Positions 50,992 through 61,198 of a stretch of 64,000 nt of DNA are shown piece after piece (position 1 is the stretch's first letter; each line of letters begins with the position of its first letter). Under the pieces are notes generated by a model. The model did not search any database and was not told the DNA's origin. It saw only the letters and a program-made list of their open reading frames with translations. This stretch comes from Dehalococcoidia bacterium (GTDB lineage Bacteria > Chloroflexota > Dehalococcoidia > Lucifugimonadales > JADFKI01): positions 200,584 to 264,583 of the forward strand of contig CBDBDI010000003.1 in the NCBI GenBank assembly GCA_965203895.1, written 5' to 3'. Both the position numbers and the translations under genes were made by a program.

Positions 50992-53589
50992 CTATCCCAC
51001 GAACCACTGCGCCAGCTCGTCGCGGTTGCGCTCCAGCCAAGCGTGGTTTAGGCGGATGCGCTCCAAGGATTGGCGGACGGTGCGTTCTGCGCCGGGGACG
51101 GGGTTGTCGGTGAAGAAGCGCTCCACATCCTCGCGCATTTCCAGCGTGGTGAAGCCGGATGTTACGCCTACAAGCCGCATTATGGCGAAGCCGCCTTCGC
51201 CGTAGCGCCTGTCCAGCTCCGCCCAGTTGTCTTTCATGAACTGCCAGGCAAGGGAACGCCCCTGCCGATTAGCCGCCACTAGGGTTAGCACGGATACGGT
51301 GTCGTGGACGCGCACCTCGTCGCCCAGCGATCGCTCTAGCGTTTCCGTCAGCAGTTCGGGCTGCTCGAAACCGCTCAGTCCGTATAGGAAGCGCATCTTC
51401 TCTTCGGGCAGGGTCGCGGCGGCGCGGAGCTGCCACATCCGGTCGTACATCGCGCGCCCGCCGCGCTTAGCCGCCAAGCCGAACACGATGCCGCGGATGT
51501 CGGGGTTGACGGCGGCGGGGTCGTCGGCGTATGCGGCGAAACGGGCGGCGGCTTCGCGCAGGGTGGCATCGTCGTCGGCCGCGCCCATATGGCTCAGCAG
51601 CGTGCTGCGGAGCAGGGCGTCGGTGTGCGATTCGCCTTCGCGCGCGTCCCAGCCTACTTGCTGCGCTTCGTCGCGGAATATGCCGCGCGAGAACGCCTGA
51701 AAGCCGCCGTAGAAGGCTTCGTTCCAAAGCAGGTTGTCCAATCCGCCAAGGTTGGCGGACAGATCGGCGCAGACGGGGGCGCTGTCTTCGTTCTTGTACG
51801 CCTCTGCGATGGTGAGAAAGTCGGTTGCGGGTATGAGTCCGGCTCTGCACAGCGCGAAAGCGTCGTTCTGAATGCCGAGTCTGTCGGGCGCTGACAGCGT
51901 CTTGGCGCTGATGGGCGCGGCTAGGCGGCGCAGGTCTTCGTGGGCGTATTTGACGCGATAGAAGCCAACCTGTTCGGGATTGAGCTTAGTCCACGCCGCG
52001 TCGTCTGCGCCGTCGTCGGGGACATCCCAGGCAAGCAGGCGCGAGTCCATCAGCATTGTCGACTTGTCTGCGCCGCCGCTAGTGTACACGCCGATGGGCA
52101 GCTTCCAAAGGGTTTCGTCGGCGTCGGCGCTCTCTGTGATGGCGTCGTACAGAAAGCGGCGCTGCATCATATGCAGGTTGATATTGCCGCCGCTGCGCTC
52201 AATGCCAACATCCAGCACGGGATAGCCGGTTTGCATAACCCAGGTGTCCATAATATCGGCTACGGGCTGTCCGGAGACTTCGCCGAGCGCGTCCCAAAGA
52301 TCGCGCCTCACGGCGTTGGCGTACTGGTGCTTGGTGAGATAGGCGTTCAAGCCCTGCCGAAATGTCTCTTCGCCTAGGAAGCTTTCCAGCATACGCAGCA
52401 CGGACGCGCCCTTGCTGTAGCTGATGGCGTCGAAGAGTTCGCCGATTTCGGCCGGGTTGTGAACTTCTTGCTCGATGGGGTGTGAGTTGCGCAGGCCGTC
52501 TAGGCTGAGGGCGCGGTTGGTGTCGCTGGATACGAACTGCGTCCAAACTTCCCAATCTGGGAAGAGGTTAGCGGTGGCTTTATCGCCCATCCAGGAGGCG
52601 AAGCTTTCGTTGAGCCAGAGGTCGTCCCACCACGCCATAGTTACCAGATCGCCGAACCACATATGCGCCATTTCGTGGGCGATGATGCCGGCGACGAGTT
52701 GGCGGGTGCCGGCGGATGTGTTCTGCGGATCGACTAGCAGCGCGGTTTCGCGGTAGGTGATAGCGCCCCAGTTTTCCATAGCGCCGGCGGCGAAATCGGG
52801 TATGGCGAAGTGGTCGAGCTTGGGGAGCGGGTAAGGAATGCCAAAGTAGTCGTTGAAGTATTTGAGCAGGCGGGTGGCGGTTTCTAGCGCGAACTGCGCC
52901 TGCTCTTCACGCCCGTGCGTGGTGAAGACGCGAATCAGCGTGCCGTTATCGCCAACCTGCTCAATGTGCGTCAGTTCGCCGATGATGAAGGCGAGCAGGT
53001 AGGTGGACATAACGGGGGTTTCGGCGTAGGTGATGGACTTGACGCCGGGGCGCGCTTGGGTTTCGCTGACGGCGGGCATATTGGACACGGCGGTCAACTC
53101 CGAGGGAACGACGAGAGTGAGTTCGAAGGTTGCCTTGAGTTCGGGTTCGTCCCAGCAGGGGAAGGCGCGGCGGGCGTCGGTGGCCTCCATCTGCGTGGTA
53201 GCCATAATGCGCTCGCTGCCGTCGATATCGGTGTATGTACTGCGGTAGAAGCCGCGCAGTTTATCGTTCAGAATGCCGGTGAACTCTATGTCGAGAGACG
53301 CTTCGCCCACCGCAAGTTCAGCGCTGAACTCGAAGGTGGCCGTTTCCGACTCTTCGTCGTAGGATATGCTTTGCGCGGGCATTGGCGCGCCGCCGTCGGG
53401 CGTAAGCGCGCAGGATTGTATCTCAATCTCAATGGAGTTCAGCGTGATGGACGATGTGGGGGACATCACCTGTATCCGAATCGTCTCGCTGCCCTTGAAG
53501 GTGAAGGCTGTGAGGTCGGGTTCCAGGGTGATGGCGTACTTGAGCGGCTCGACGGTTGTGGGTATCAAAACTGCGGTGTATTCGTGCAT
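50992..53589 (-). CDS. pepN: Aminopeptidase N (M1 family zinc metallopeptidase)
   Basis: GAMENWG, HEMAHMWFGDLVTMAWWDDLWLNESFA (HExxH-18-E). The ATG at 53589 follows gaggaa. Confidence 0.9.
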   Translation of the reverse strand: MHEYTAVLIPTTVEPLKYAITLEPDLTAFTFKGSETIRIQVMSPTSSITLNSIEIEIQSCALTPDGGAPMPAQSISYDEESETATFEFSAELAVGEASLDIEFTGILNDKLRGFYRSTYTDIDGSERIMATTQMEATDARRAFPCWDEPELKATFELTLVVPSELTAVSNMPAVSETQARPGVKSITYAETPVMSTYLLAFIIGELTHIEQVGDNGTLIRVFTTHGREEQAQFALETATRLLKYFNDYFGIPYPLPKLDHFAIPDFAAGAMENWGAITYRETALLVDPQNTSAGTRQLVAGIIAHEMAHMWFGDLVTMAWWDDLWLNESFASWMGDKATANLFPDWEVWTQFVSSDTNRALSLDGLRNSHPIEQEVHNPAEIGELFDAISYSKGASVLRMLESFLGEETFRQGLNAYLTKHQYANAVRRDLWDALGEVSGQPVADIMDTWVMQTGYPVLDVGIERSGGNINLHMMQRRFLYDAITESADADETLWKLPIGVYTSGGADKSTMLMDSRLLAWDVPDDGADDAAWTKLNPEQVGFYRVKYAHEDLRRLAAPISAKTLSAPDRLGIQNDAFALCRAGLIPATDFLTIAEAYKNEDSAPVCADLSANLGGLDNLLWNEAFYGGFQAFSRGIFRDEAQQVGWDAREGESHTDALLRSTLLSHMGAADDDATLREAAARFAAYADDPAAVNPDIRGIVFGLAAKRGGRAMYDRMWQLRAAATLPEEKMRFLYGLSGFEQPELLTETLERSLGDEVRVHDTVSVLTLVAANRQGRSLAWQFMKDNWAELDRRYGEGGFAIMRLVGVTSGFTTLEMREDVERFFTDNPVPGAERTVRQSLERIRLNHAWLERNRDELAQWFVG

Positions 53590-53697
53590 AGTTCCTCTCG
53601 GCGCTTGGTGTCTTGGCGCTGTATCAGTGTTATCGGATGAAGGCGGGGACGGCGTATAGCGCAAGGTTAGGGGTTGGCGAGCACTGTCCGCCGTTTG

Positions 53698-54477
53698 TTA
53701 GCTTGCGGTCCAGTTGGGCTTGCGTTTTTCGGCGAAAGCCTTGGGGCCTTCAACGAAGTCGTCGGATACGGACGCCTTGACCTGTTCGCTGAATGTGCGG
53801 TTAAGGGATACATCCAGCGGCCAGTCCAGCCCCTGCGTAGCCATCTGCTTGCTTGCGCGCGCGGATAGGGGGGCTACTTCTAGAATTTCGTTAGCCCAGC
53901 GCTCGGCGGTGGGCATAAGGTCTGCGAGCGGCACTACTTCGTTGACCAACCCTAGGCGGTAGGCTTCTTGCACCGATATGCGGCGGGCGGTGAGCATCAT
54001 TCCCATCGCGATTTTGAAGGGAATGTGGCGGGGCAGGCGATGGACGCCGCCGGCGCCGGCTATGAGTCCTACGCGCGGTTCGGGCAAGCCTACTTGTGCG
54101 TGGTCGGCGGCGATGATGATGTCGCAGGCGAGCGCGAGCTCGAGTCCGCCGCCGAGCGCGTAGCCGTTGACGGCGGCGATGATGGGCTTCCAGCATTCGA
54201 AGTTGGATGTGATGCCGCCGAAGCGCGCGATTTCGCGGGATCGGTCGCGTCGGCCGCGCTCGGCGGTGTACTTGAGGTCGTTGCCGGCGCTGAAGGCGCG
54301 CTCGCCCGTGCCGGTGATTATCGCCACCCACGCGTCGGGGTCGTCGCGAAATGCACTGAAGGCGTGGTAGAGTTCGGCGTTGGCGGGCGGATGCAGCGCG
54401 TTGAGGCGCTCCGGGCGGTTGATGGTTACATAGGCGATGCGCTCTTTCTTTTCGTAGGTGATGAATTCGTATGACAT
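53698..54477 (-). CDS. Enoyl-CoA hydratase/isomerase (crotonase) family
   Basis: ITGTGERAFSAGNDLK, AAVNGYALGGGLELALACDIIIAA. Confidence 0.85.
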   Translation of the reverse strand: MSYEFITYEKKERIAYVTINRPERLNALHPPANAELYHAFSAFRDDPDAWVAIITGTGERAFSAGNDLKYTAERGRRDRSREIARFGGITSNFECWKPIIAAVNGYALGGGLELALACDIIIAADHAQVGLPEPRVGLIAGAGGVHRLPRHIPFKIAMGMMLTARRISVQEAYRLGLVNEVVPLADLMPTAERWANEILEVAPLSARASKQMATQGLDWPLDVSLNRTFSEQVKASVSDDFVEGPKAFAEKRKPNWTAS

Positions 54478-54685
54478 AGGGCGCTCCTTGCTTTGCTGCG
54501 CCGGTTGTGGGCGCGTAATGTTGCAGGCGAGATTATATCAGGTTTGATTTGGCTGAACACGATGGCATTCGCAGGGGCGGGATGGCAGACGGATTGTGCG
54601 GTTAAGGGATAGGATAGGTTGCCCTGAAGGGGACTATCGCTTTCGCTGCGCGGCGATTTCGGATGCCGATTGCCGCCGATTGCGG

Positions 54686-55435
54686 CTAGTAGGTTGCTCT
54701 GCCGCCGCTGATGTCGAATACGCCGCCGGTGCTGAAAGAGCATTCGGGGGATGCGAGCCATGCGGCGAGCGCGGCGATTTCGGCTATTTCGCCGGTGCGC
54801 CCAATCGGAATGCGCTCAACCATGTACTGCACTTGTTTGGGGGTGAGTTCGTCTAGGATGCGGGTATGGACTACGGCGGGCGTAACGCAGTTGACGCGGA
54901 CGCCGCTTTTGGCGAGCTCTTTGCCGACGGATTTGGTCAAGCCGATGACCGCCGCTTTCGTGGCGGAGTAAGGCACCATTCGGGGGTTGCCTTCTTTGCC
55001 GGCGATCGATGCGATGTTGACGATGCGTCCGTAGTCGCGCTGCAGCATATAGGGTATGACGGCGTGGCAGAATGCGAATACGCCGCGCAGGTTTATGCGA
55101 TATACCCTGTCCATCTCATCAAGCGGAAGCTCCCAAATGCTGCCGTCGATGCCGGTGATGCCGGCGTTGTTGACGAGTATGTCGATGCGCCCCCATTCGT
55201 CTTGGGCGGCGGCGGCGGCTTGCTCGGCGGTGGTTTGCTCAGACACATCGCCTACTATTAGCTTAGTTTGCGCGCCACGCGCCGAAAGTTCGCTTGCGGA
55301 CTGCTCGCCGAGATCGCCGTCGATGTCGACCATCACAAGGCGCGCGCCTTCGCTCGCGAGCCGCCGCGCTATGCCGTATCCGATGCCGGTAGCGGCTCCG
55401 GTTACTATCGCAACCTGTTCGTCAAATCTTGCCAT
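54686..55435 (-). CDS. SDR family oxidoreductase
   Basis: VAIVTGAATGIGYGIARRLASEGARLV, NNAGI, YSATKAAVIGLTKSVGKE. Confidence 0.85.
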   Translation of the reverse strand: MARFDEQVAIVTGAATGIGYGIARRLASEGARLVMVDIDGDLGEQSASELSARGAQTKLIVGDVSEQTTAEQAAAAAQDEWGRIDILVNNAGITGIDGSIWELPLDEMDRVYRINLRGVFAFCHAVIPYMLQRDYGRIVNIASIAGKEGNPRMVPYSATKAAVIGLTKSVGKELAKSGVRVNCVTPAVVHTRILDELTPKQVQYMVERIPIGRTGEIAEIAALAAWLASPECSFSTGGVFDISGGRATY

Positions 55436-55672
55436 AAGGCTCTCCGTATCGGTTATATCGGGTTTTTGCGCTCGCCGTCGACGCGCTTCAATGCGTTTGG
55501 ATGGCGGTTGATTGCCCGTATTATATGCTCAAAGCGGGTTAGGTCAAGTGGGCGTTGCGGCGGGCGTGACGGCGCGGCGTTCTTGTATCTGACGCCCGTT
55601 GCTGTTACCATCGTTTTGACTCGAAGGGGTTGCGCTTTGAGGCGGATACGATATGCGACGGAGGAAAGCGAT

Positions 55673-56629
55673 ATGGTCTTGCTGGGTTCGGGCGAATACA
55701 GGTATGAGGTATCGGGCGATAACTGGGGCAGTCTGCCTGAAGGCGCTGTGTATAGAGAGGCGACGGCGGTGGATGTGAGCGCCGATGACAGCGTGTATGT
55801 GTTCAATCGCGGCACGCATCCGATGGTGGTGTTCAATACGGAGGGCGAGGTTATTCGCACTTGGGGACACGGGATATTCACCAATCCGCACGGCGTAACG
55901 GTAGCGCCCGACGGCACGATTTGGTGCGTGGACAACGGCGATCACACGGTGCGGCAGTTCACGCCCGACGGCGAGCTGCTGAACACCATCGGGCGGCCGG
56001 GCATACCCGCCGAGTCTATGAGCGGCAAGCCGTTCAGCGCGCCCACGCATGTGGCGTTTGACACGCGCAACGGCGATTTCTATGTGGCAGACGGCTACAG
56101 CAACGCGCATGTGCATAAGTATTCCCCGGACGGCAAGCATCTGTTCTCTTGGGGCGCCTCAGGCACGGGCGAAGGGCAGTTCAACATCGTCCACTATGTT
56201 GGGGTTGACCCTGACGGCTGGGTGTATATCGCCGACCGCGAGAATCACCGCATACAGATATTCAGCCCGGAGGGCAAGTTCGAGACGCAGTGGGTCAACC
56301 TGTCGCGCGCCGCATGCCTGTACATCAACAGCAAGGGCGATGGGCTGGTGTATATCGGCGAATACTACGGCGGCATCGGCTCAAACTATGTCGGCACGGA
56401 TCTGGGTCCGCGGGTGTCCATACTGAACACCGAGGGCAAGGTGCTGGCGCGGCTGGGACGGGAATCGTACGGCGACGAGCCGGGGCGGTTCTATTCGCCG
56501 CACGCCATCGCGGTGGACTCCAAGGGGGACATCTATGTGGCTGAGGTGTCTTGGAGCGATTACGGCAGCAAGCTCTATCCGCCCAAGGAGCTGCGCTCGA
56601 TGCAGAAGCTGGTGAAGCAGAACGGCTAA
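55673..56629 (+). CDS. NHL-repeat six-bladed beta-propeller protein (peptidyl-hydroxyglycine lyase-like)
   Basis: Repeated blades: PHGVTVAPDGTIWCVDNGDHTVRQF, PTHVAFDTRNGDFYVADGY, VGVDPDGWVYIADRENHRIQIF, PHAIAVDSKGDIYVAEV. The ATG at 55673 follows gaggaaag. Confidence 0.75.
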   Translation: MVLLGSGEYRYEVSGDNWGSLPEGAVYREATAVDVSADDSVYVFNRGTHPMVVFNTEGEVIRTWGHGIFTNPHGVTVAPDGTIWCVDNGDHTVRQFTPDGELLNTIGRPGIPAESMSGKPFSAPTHVAFDTRNGDFYVADGYSNAHVHKYSPDGKHLFSWGASGTGEGQFNIVHYVGVDPDGWVYIADRENHRIQIFSPEGKFETQWVNLSRAACLYINSKGDGLVYIGEYYGGIGSNYVGTDLGPRVSILNTEGKVLARLGRESYGDEPGRFYSPHAIAVDSKGDIYVAEVSWSDYGSKLYPPKELRSMQKLVKQNG

Positions 56630-56688
56630 CGGCTTGGGATGCGGCGGCTATCCGGTTGGATGGCGTGAAAACAAGGCAAGGGCATCGG

Positions 56689-57030
56689 ATGACAACACCG
56701 CTGGGCGTCGACAGCGTTGAGCTGACGGAAGAGGGCGTGACTATCGCGTGGAGCGATGGGCATTCCAGCTTCTACGGCTCCAAGTATCTGCGTATCAACT
56801 GCGGCTGCGCCGAGTGCGTGGAGGAATGGACGAACCGCAGGCTGCTGGATCCGGCGACGGTCGACGCGGACATCCAAGCGGTGGACTATCTGCCGATTGG
56901 CAAGTATGCGCTGCAGTTCTTGTGGAGCGATACGCACTACACGGGCATATATCCGTTTGAGATGCTGCGGATGCTTTGCCCGTGCGACGAGTGCAAGGCG
57001 GCGCAGGGGCAGCGAATAGCGCCCGAATAG
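56689..57030 (+). CDS. DUF971 (gamma-butyrobetaine hydroxylase-like N-terminal domain) protein
   Basis: YLRINCGCAECVEEWTNRRLLD...LQFLWSDTHYTGIYPFEMLRMLCPCDEC. Confidence 0.7.
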   Translation: MTTPLGVDSVELTEEGVTIAWSDGHSSFYGSKYLRINCGCAECVEEWTNRRLLDPATVDADIQAVDYLPIGKYALQFLWSDTHYTGIYPFEMLRMLCPCDECKAAQGQRIAPE

Positions 57031-57054
57031 CAAGGGCATCCGCCATAACGCAAT

Positions 57055-57088
57055 AAAGGGGCCGGCGTTTTTAGCGCGCGGCCCCTTT
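57055..57088. terminator. Bidirectional intrinsic terminator between convergent genes
   Basis: aaaggggccg-(14 nt, containing ttttt)-cggccccttt forms a 10-bp stem flanked by A/T runs on both sides. Confidence 0.7.
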
Positions 57089-57115
57089 GTTATGTGCGCA
57101 TGAGACGGGTTTGGG

Positions 57116-57532
57116 TTAGACGGGCTTGAACTTGAGCAGCGCGATGTCGTCGGTGACGTGATCGAACACTACCTCAAGGGGCATGCCGATGATGAGGTTT
57201 TCGGGCGTGGGGTCGTCGATGACGATGTTGGTGGGCATGATGGGGCCCTCTTCGAGTTCCACCAAGGCGGTAACGAAGGGGACGTCGCCCACGAAGCCGG
57301 GGTGCGGCGCGCGGTGGACGATGGCGTAGGTGTAGAGCGTCGCCCTGCCGCTTGCCTTAATCCAAGTGGTGTCCTTGGAGAAGCAGTAGGGGGAGATGTC
57401 TCTGGGGTAGAAGTACGCCTTGCCGGTGGTGTTGCAGAATCGCAGATGGAGTTCGCCTTCCTTCGCCTTCTGCCAGTACACATCCGACTCCACCTGCGGC
57501 ACGGGGAGCGGCTTGTTGTATGCCTGTGTCAT
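57116..57532 (-). CDS. Zn-ribbon/OB-fold protein (DUF35), thiolase partner
   Basis: YWQKAKEGELHLRFCNTTGKAYFYPRDISPYC..ASGRATLYTYAIVHR..VALVELEEG. The ATG at 57532 follows aggag. Confidence 0.75.
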   Translation of the reverse strand: MTQAYNKPLPVPQVESDVYWQKAKEGELHLRFCNTTGKAYFYPRDISPYCFSKDTTWIKASGRATLYTYAIVHRAPHPGFVGDVPFVTALVELEEGPIMPTNIVIDDPTPENLIIGMPLEVVFDHVTDDIALLKFKPV

Positions 57533-57623
57533 TTGCGTTTCTCCTGATGATTGTTTGAGATTGCTTGACGGGCGCAAGCGCGGCTATGCGCCTATCGCGG
57601 CGCCCGTCTGCGCTTGGACGGGG

Positions 57624-58766
57624 TTAGTCGACGCCTAGCACGACGGTGCCGGTCGACGACAGGGAGCCGCCGGTGCCGTTGATGAGGCAGAGGCGTGGGT
57701 CGTCGAGTTGGCGCTCGCCGGTTTCGCCGCGGAGCTGCCGGACGGCTTCCAGCACAAGGAACATGCCGTACATGCCGGAGTGGGTGTAAGAGAGTCCGCC
57801 GCCGCTGGTGTTCATAGCGAAATCGCCGCCGGGCGCAGTGCGCTGGTTGGCGACAAAGTCGGGGCCTTCGCCCGGTTCGCAGTAGCCGAGGCTTTCCAGC
57901 GTGGCAAGCACGGTGTAGGTGAACGAGTCGTATATCATCGCCAGGTCGATGTCGTCGTGGGTAACGCCCGCCATTTGGAGCGCGGCGGGGCCGGAGTAGC
58001 GCGCCCAGGTGCGGGTGAGGTTTTTCATTTGGCTGATGATGCCGTGGTCGTGGCCTTCGGCTGCGCCGAGCACCCATACGGGCTTTTTGGCGAGGCTGCG
58101 TGCGCGTTCAGGCGTGGTGACCACATACGCGCCGCCGGCGTCGGTTACGAGGCAGCAGTCGAATAGGTGGAAGGGCCATGCGATCCAGCGCGAGTTGTGG
58201 TAGTCGTCGAAGCTCATGGGCTGGTCTTTCATGTACGCCTTGGGGTTGAGCTGCGCCCACTTGCGGGTTGCGACGGCTACTTCTGCCATGCCTTGCCGGA
58301 CGCGCCTTTCGCCGTACATGTGCATATAGCGGCGGGCTGCCATAGCGTAGTTGATGGGGGCGCCGATGAAGCCGTAGGGCGTCTCGAACTGGGCGCCGGG
58401 GTCGGATGCGTTGCCGCTGGCGCGCGATCGGGCGCTTCTGCCCGCTTCGCCGTGCGTAACCAGCACAGTATCGCAATAGCCGGCGTTGATGGCGGCTAGG
58501 GCGTGCGCGATGTGGATGATGAACGACGAGCCGCCCACGGCGGTGGTGTCGGTGAAGGTGGGATTGACGCCTAGGTATTCGCCTAGGTTGATGGTGGAAG
58601 TCCCCGCGGTCATAAGCCCGTTGACGTCGGACATTTTGAGGCCGGCGTCTTCGAGGGCGTTGTACGCCGCTTCTGCGTGGAGCTGCAGGTTGGACTTTTC
58701 TACTCTTCCGATTTCGTCGGATTCCGCCACTCCAACGATGGCGGCCGACTTACGCAAATCTGCCAT
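57624..58766 (-). CDS. Thiolase-fold protein (SCP-x / lipid-transfer-type, non-condensing partner of DUF35)
   Basis: 380 aa. AIVGVAESDEIGR.., GGSSFIIHIAHALAAINAGYCDTVLV, NTSGGGLSYTHSGMYG. Confidence 0.8.
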   Translation of the reverse strand: MADLRKSAAIVGVAESDEIGRVEKSNLQLHAEAAYNALEDAGLKMSDVNGLMTAGTSTINLGEYLGVNPTFTDTTAVGGSSFIIHIAHALAAINAGYCDTVLVTHGEAGRSARSRASGNASDPGAQFETPYGFIGAPINYAMAARRYMHMYGERRVRQGMAEVAVATRKWAQLNPKAYMKDQPMSFDDYHNSRWIAWPFHLFDCCLVTDAGGAYVVTTPERARSLAKKPVWVLGAAEGHDHGIISQMKNLTRTWARYSGPAALQMAGVTHDDIDLAMIYDSFTYTVLATLESLGYCEPGEGPDFVANQRTAPGGDFAMNTSGGGLSYTHSGMYGMFLVLEAVRQLRGETGERQLDDPRLCLINGTGGSLSSTGTVVLGVD

Positions 58767-58868
58767 TCTTAATAGCGCCTCCCGTGAATGATTTGGATGA
58801 TAGATTGCAAGTGTGTGCGAAAATGCTGGGGCGCAAGCGCGCCGATGCCGATAGCCGTAAGAGCGCGC

Positions 58869-58921
58869 AACGCCTATGCCGCTGAGCAGGGGGCGTAGAA
58901 ACGCCTATGCCGCCGAATAGG
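58869..58921 (+). repeat. Two ~22-nt direct repeats carrying CGCCTATGCC
   Basis: aacgcctatgccgctgagcagg (58869-58890) and aacgcctatgccgccgaatagg (58900-58921). The same 10-mer recurs at 61199-61208. Confidence 0.8.
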
Positions 58922-58970
58922 ATATACCTTGCGGGGGGTAAAAGTCAAAAGGGGATGCCAGGAAGGGGGA

Positions 58971-59456
58971 TTATTGCTTCAACGCTTTGGTCAACGGCGA
59001 GCCGCATCGAACCAATCTAATAGATTCCTTATGATTACGAAATTGAACTTGATTCGCGGGTTTCAAAAAGTTAACTCGCTCGATACGTCGGAGTTCACCG
59101 CCATAAACTGCGGTGGGGCGAAACCTGACCGCAACCCTAGATGGGATGAGCTTATCGGCAATGGATGCGCCCGCCTTCAATTGAGGAAGAAATTTGCTAA
59201 CCCGCGCTGCGCTCGCCGTTAGTTCTATCGGCATTACCCATGAGGTTCCGTCCCCATCGTCGCCGGCGACGAATAGGTAGTCGCAACGGGGTTCCCCTTG
59301 CTGAACGGGCGATGCTTGATGTTCCAAAGAAACCAGCACATAGGGTTGAGGCGCTCCGTTCAATGATAGCGAGCATCCTCCGTCGCGACATGCCGTCGCG
59401 TGACATTCCGGGTCGGTTCTGCCTTTGACCGCGTCGACTACGCTAGACGGCATCAT
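58971..59456 (-). CDS. Hypothetical 161-aa protein translationally coupled to the upstream ATPase
   Basis: The ATG at 59456 overlaps the ATPase stop (ATGA). Sequence features include DPECHATACRDGGCS and CDYLFVAGDDGDGTSWVMPIELTASAARVSKFLPQLKAG, a D...ExT nuclease-like pattern without Lys. No family recognised. Confidence 0.6.
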   Translation of the reverse strand: MMPSSVVDAVKGRTDPECHATACRDGGCSLSLNGAPQPYVLVSLEHQASPVQQGEPRCDYLFVAGDDGDGTSWVMPIELTASAARVSKFLPQLKAGASIADKLIPSRVAVRFRPTAVYGGELRRIERVNFLKPANQVQFRNHKESIRLVRCGSPLTKALKQ

Positions 59457-61036
59457 CCTTCCTCTATGCGGCTGGAGATTTCCGCCCATCGGTTGTACAG
59501 ATCTTCGGTTACCAAACCAAACCCAGACGGGAATGTTCCAGCGTCAGCCTCTAGATTGATTTCCTTGACGATAGAACCTTTTCGCTCGGCATCGTGTTCG
59601 AACAGCCAAGCGCCTACTTGGGCGGGAGTGAGCGCAATATCGGGGTCGTCGAGACCTTGCCGGCGTTCAGGCGGGAGTTCGGACAGCCTGACAAGGTTTG
59701 CCAGCTCTTCCAATACCCATTCGCTGTGAGTTGTGATGAGAATGCGGACGCCCGCCTGAACCGCAGATGCAAGCAGGCGCGTGAACTCTACTTGCATCTG
59801 CGGGTGAAGGTGCGCTTCGGGTTCTTCGATGATGAGCAGATCGCCAGGCTGAACCACATGGCGCAAGTACAGCGCGACCGGCGCCAATTCGGACACCATA
59901 GAGGAAACGTTCGTCAGCGGCAGGTTGCGCTCCTCCCATCCGTCGGGGTGATAGACAAACGAAGGGTATGAGATTTGCCTTTGCTCGACTCGCACTTCAC
60001 CGCGCATTATCTGGCGTTCCAAGTCTGACGCGAGATGATCGTATGCTGAATTTCTTTCGCGGAAGTAGAATTGCGGTTGATCCACCAACTCAACAAGTTG
60101 ACTCAGGAAATCGCCAAGAACCCCGGATAGCGTGGGCCTCTGAGGTTCAGGGCGCAATGCGATGCGCGAGGCTCTATCTATGATACCGCGCACTGCTATT
60201 TGATGGGCGTGCATTACTCCGGCTCGGTCGGCAGGGAGGTAGTGAACAGGGGCGCCAAGATGTCCAACAATATCGGAAACGACCGACATAGCAAGGTAGT
60301 TGAGCATTGGGATTGCTAAGACGTTCGCGCTGTCTCGCTCTTCTTCTATGTCGAATATGTCATTCCATAGTAAGAAGGTGGGGTATGCCAGAGCAACCTG
60401 TTGTGGCATATATGGAATAGAAGCGCGTATTTCGAATCCCTGTTCTGTTGCCGTGAATTTATACTTGCAGGGATTGTTTGCGGTGCTGATGGACAAAGCG
60501 ACTTTGGATTTTGAACTCTGATAGCGAAGCAAAGTTTCAGCATCGGCTATCCCAAAGCATCTGATTATCTCACCCGTTATGGTTTCGTCTAAGTGCGAAA
60601 CATCGTTCAGCATTGTCGACAATATATCCACAACCGATTCTGGTATATCAACTGATTCACTTCCAGGAATGGACGGGGCAACCAGTCTTCCTTCGCGTGT
60701 AGTCGAAGATTTCTTCGCCATATCAATCAATTCTTTCGCCCAGTCTGAAAGAATTTTTACATCATTTTCTGACAGAGCGAGATCATCTCTAAGTGTAGGA
60801 GATGGTTGCAACGTAAGCTCGGGAATTAACCCAAACCTGCGATGATTAAGCGCAGAGTACACCCCGAAGAAACGATGCAACGCATATGTCAGAATGGCGA
60901 GGTAGGATTTGCCGGTGTTGCTGGGTCCTACGAACACGGTCATAGGGCGCAACTCAACGCGCCCCTCTGCGATGGGGCCGAAATCGGAGACCGTCAGCTC
61001 AAGGGATTTTGTTTTCGTGGCCGGCGATGCAACCAT
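59453..61036 (-). CDS. ABC/SMC-like AAA_15/AAA_21-type ATPase (OLD/AbiL/Septu/PARIS-class ATPase architecture, no fused nuclease)
   Basis: Walker A VFVGPSNTGKSY. Walker B and D-loop region GDLLIIEEPEAHLHPQMQ, then ILITTHSEWVLEEL. The ATG at 61036 (MVASPATKTKSLELTVSDFGPI) follows aggaaaca. Confidence 0.75.
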   Translation of the reverse strand: MVASPATKTKSLELTVSDFGPIAEGRVELRPMTVFVGPSNTGKSYLAILTYALHRFFGVYSALNHRRFGLIPELTLQPSPTLRDDLALSENDVKILSDWAKELIDMAKKSSTTREGRLVAPSIPGSESVDIPESVVDILSTMLNDVSHLDETITGEIIRCFGIADAETLLRYQSSKSKVALSISTANNPCKYKFTATEQGFEIRASIPYMPQQVALAYPTFLLWNDIFDIEEERDSANVLAIPMLNYLAMSVVSDIVGHLGAPVHYLPADRAGVMHAHQIAVRGIIDRASRIALRPEPQRPTLSGVLGDFLSQLVELVDQPQFYFRERNSAYDHLASDLERQIMRGEVRVEQRQISYPSFVYHPDGWEERNLPLTNVSSMVSELAPVALYLRHVVQPGDLLIIEEPEAHLHPQMQVEFTRLLASAVQAGVRILITTHSEWVLEELANLVRLSELPPERRQGLDDPDIALTPAQVGAWLFEHDAERKGSIVKEINLEADAGTFPSGFGLVTEDLYNRWAEISSRIEEG

Positions 61037-61198
61037 GGCAGGTTGTTTCCTGTTCGGGTAGGTCTTGGTGTGCGGCGCGATATGCCCCGCACACACAGTA
61101 GCATAGCGCATATCCCTAGCGGATGTCTAATCCTAACTTCTGTTGATAGCCGTTCTCTTGAGAACATCCGAGGGCGGTAGGGCAGCACTGAGGGACAG

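Noticed and set aside
55268-55672. The N-terminal 135 aa of ORF 55268..56629, and ORF 10595..10918, as coding sequence.
   Set aside because: The first overlaps the SDR gene on the opposite strand and has junk composition before the RBS-preceded ATG at 55673. The second lies in the R-M divergent promoter region, with no motif or RBS.
58955-58975. A possible att-type repeat of the tRNA-Leu(TAG) 3' end (ggaaggggg near 58961).
   Set aside because: Only about 8 nt match, and in the inverted orientation. That is consistent with chance and is not a direct repeat of the tRNA end.
58971-61036. Calling the ATPase pair Septu (PtuAB), PARIS (AriAB) or AbiL.
   Set aside because: The partner is only 161 aa. 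By eye it lacks an HNH motif (Septu), a Toprim/DUF4435-like acidic pattern and length (AriB), and RloB-like features. The ATPase class alone is not diagnostic, so the pair is left as unassigned.
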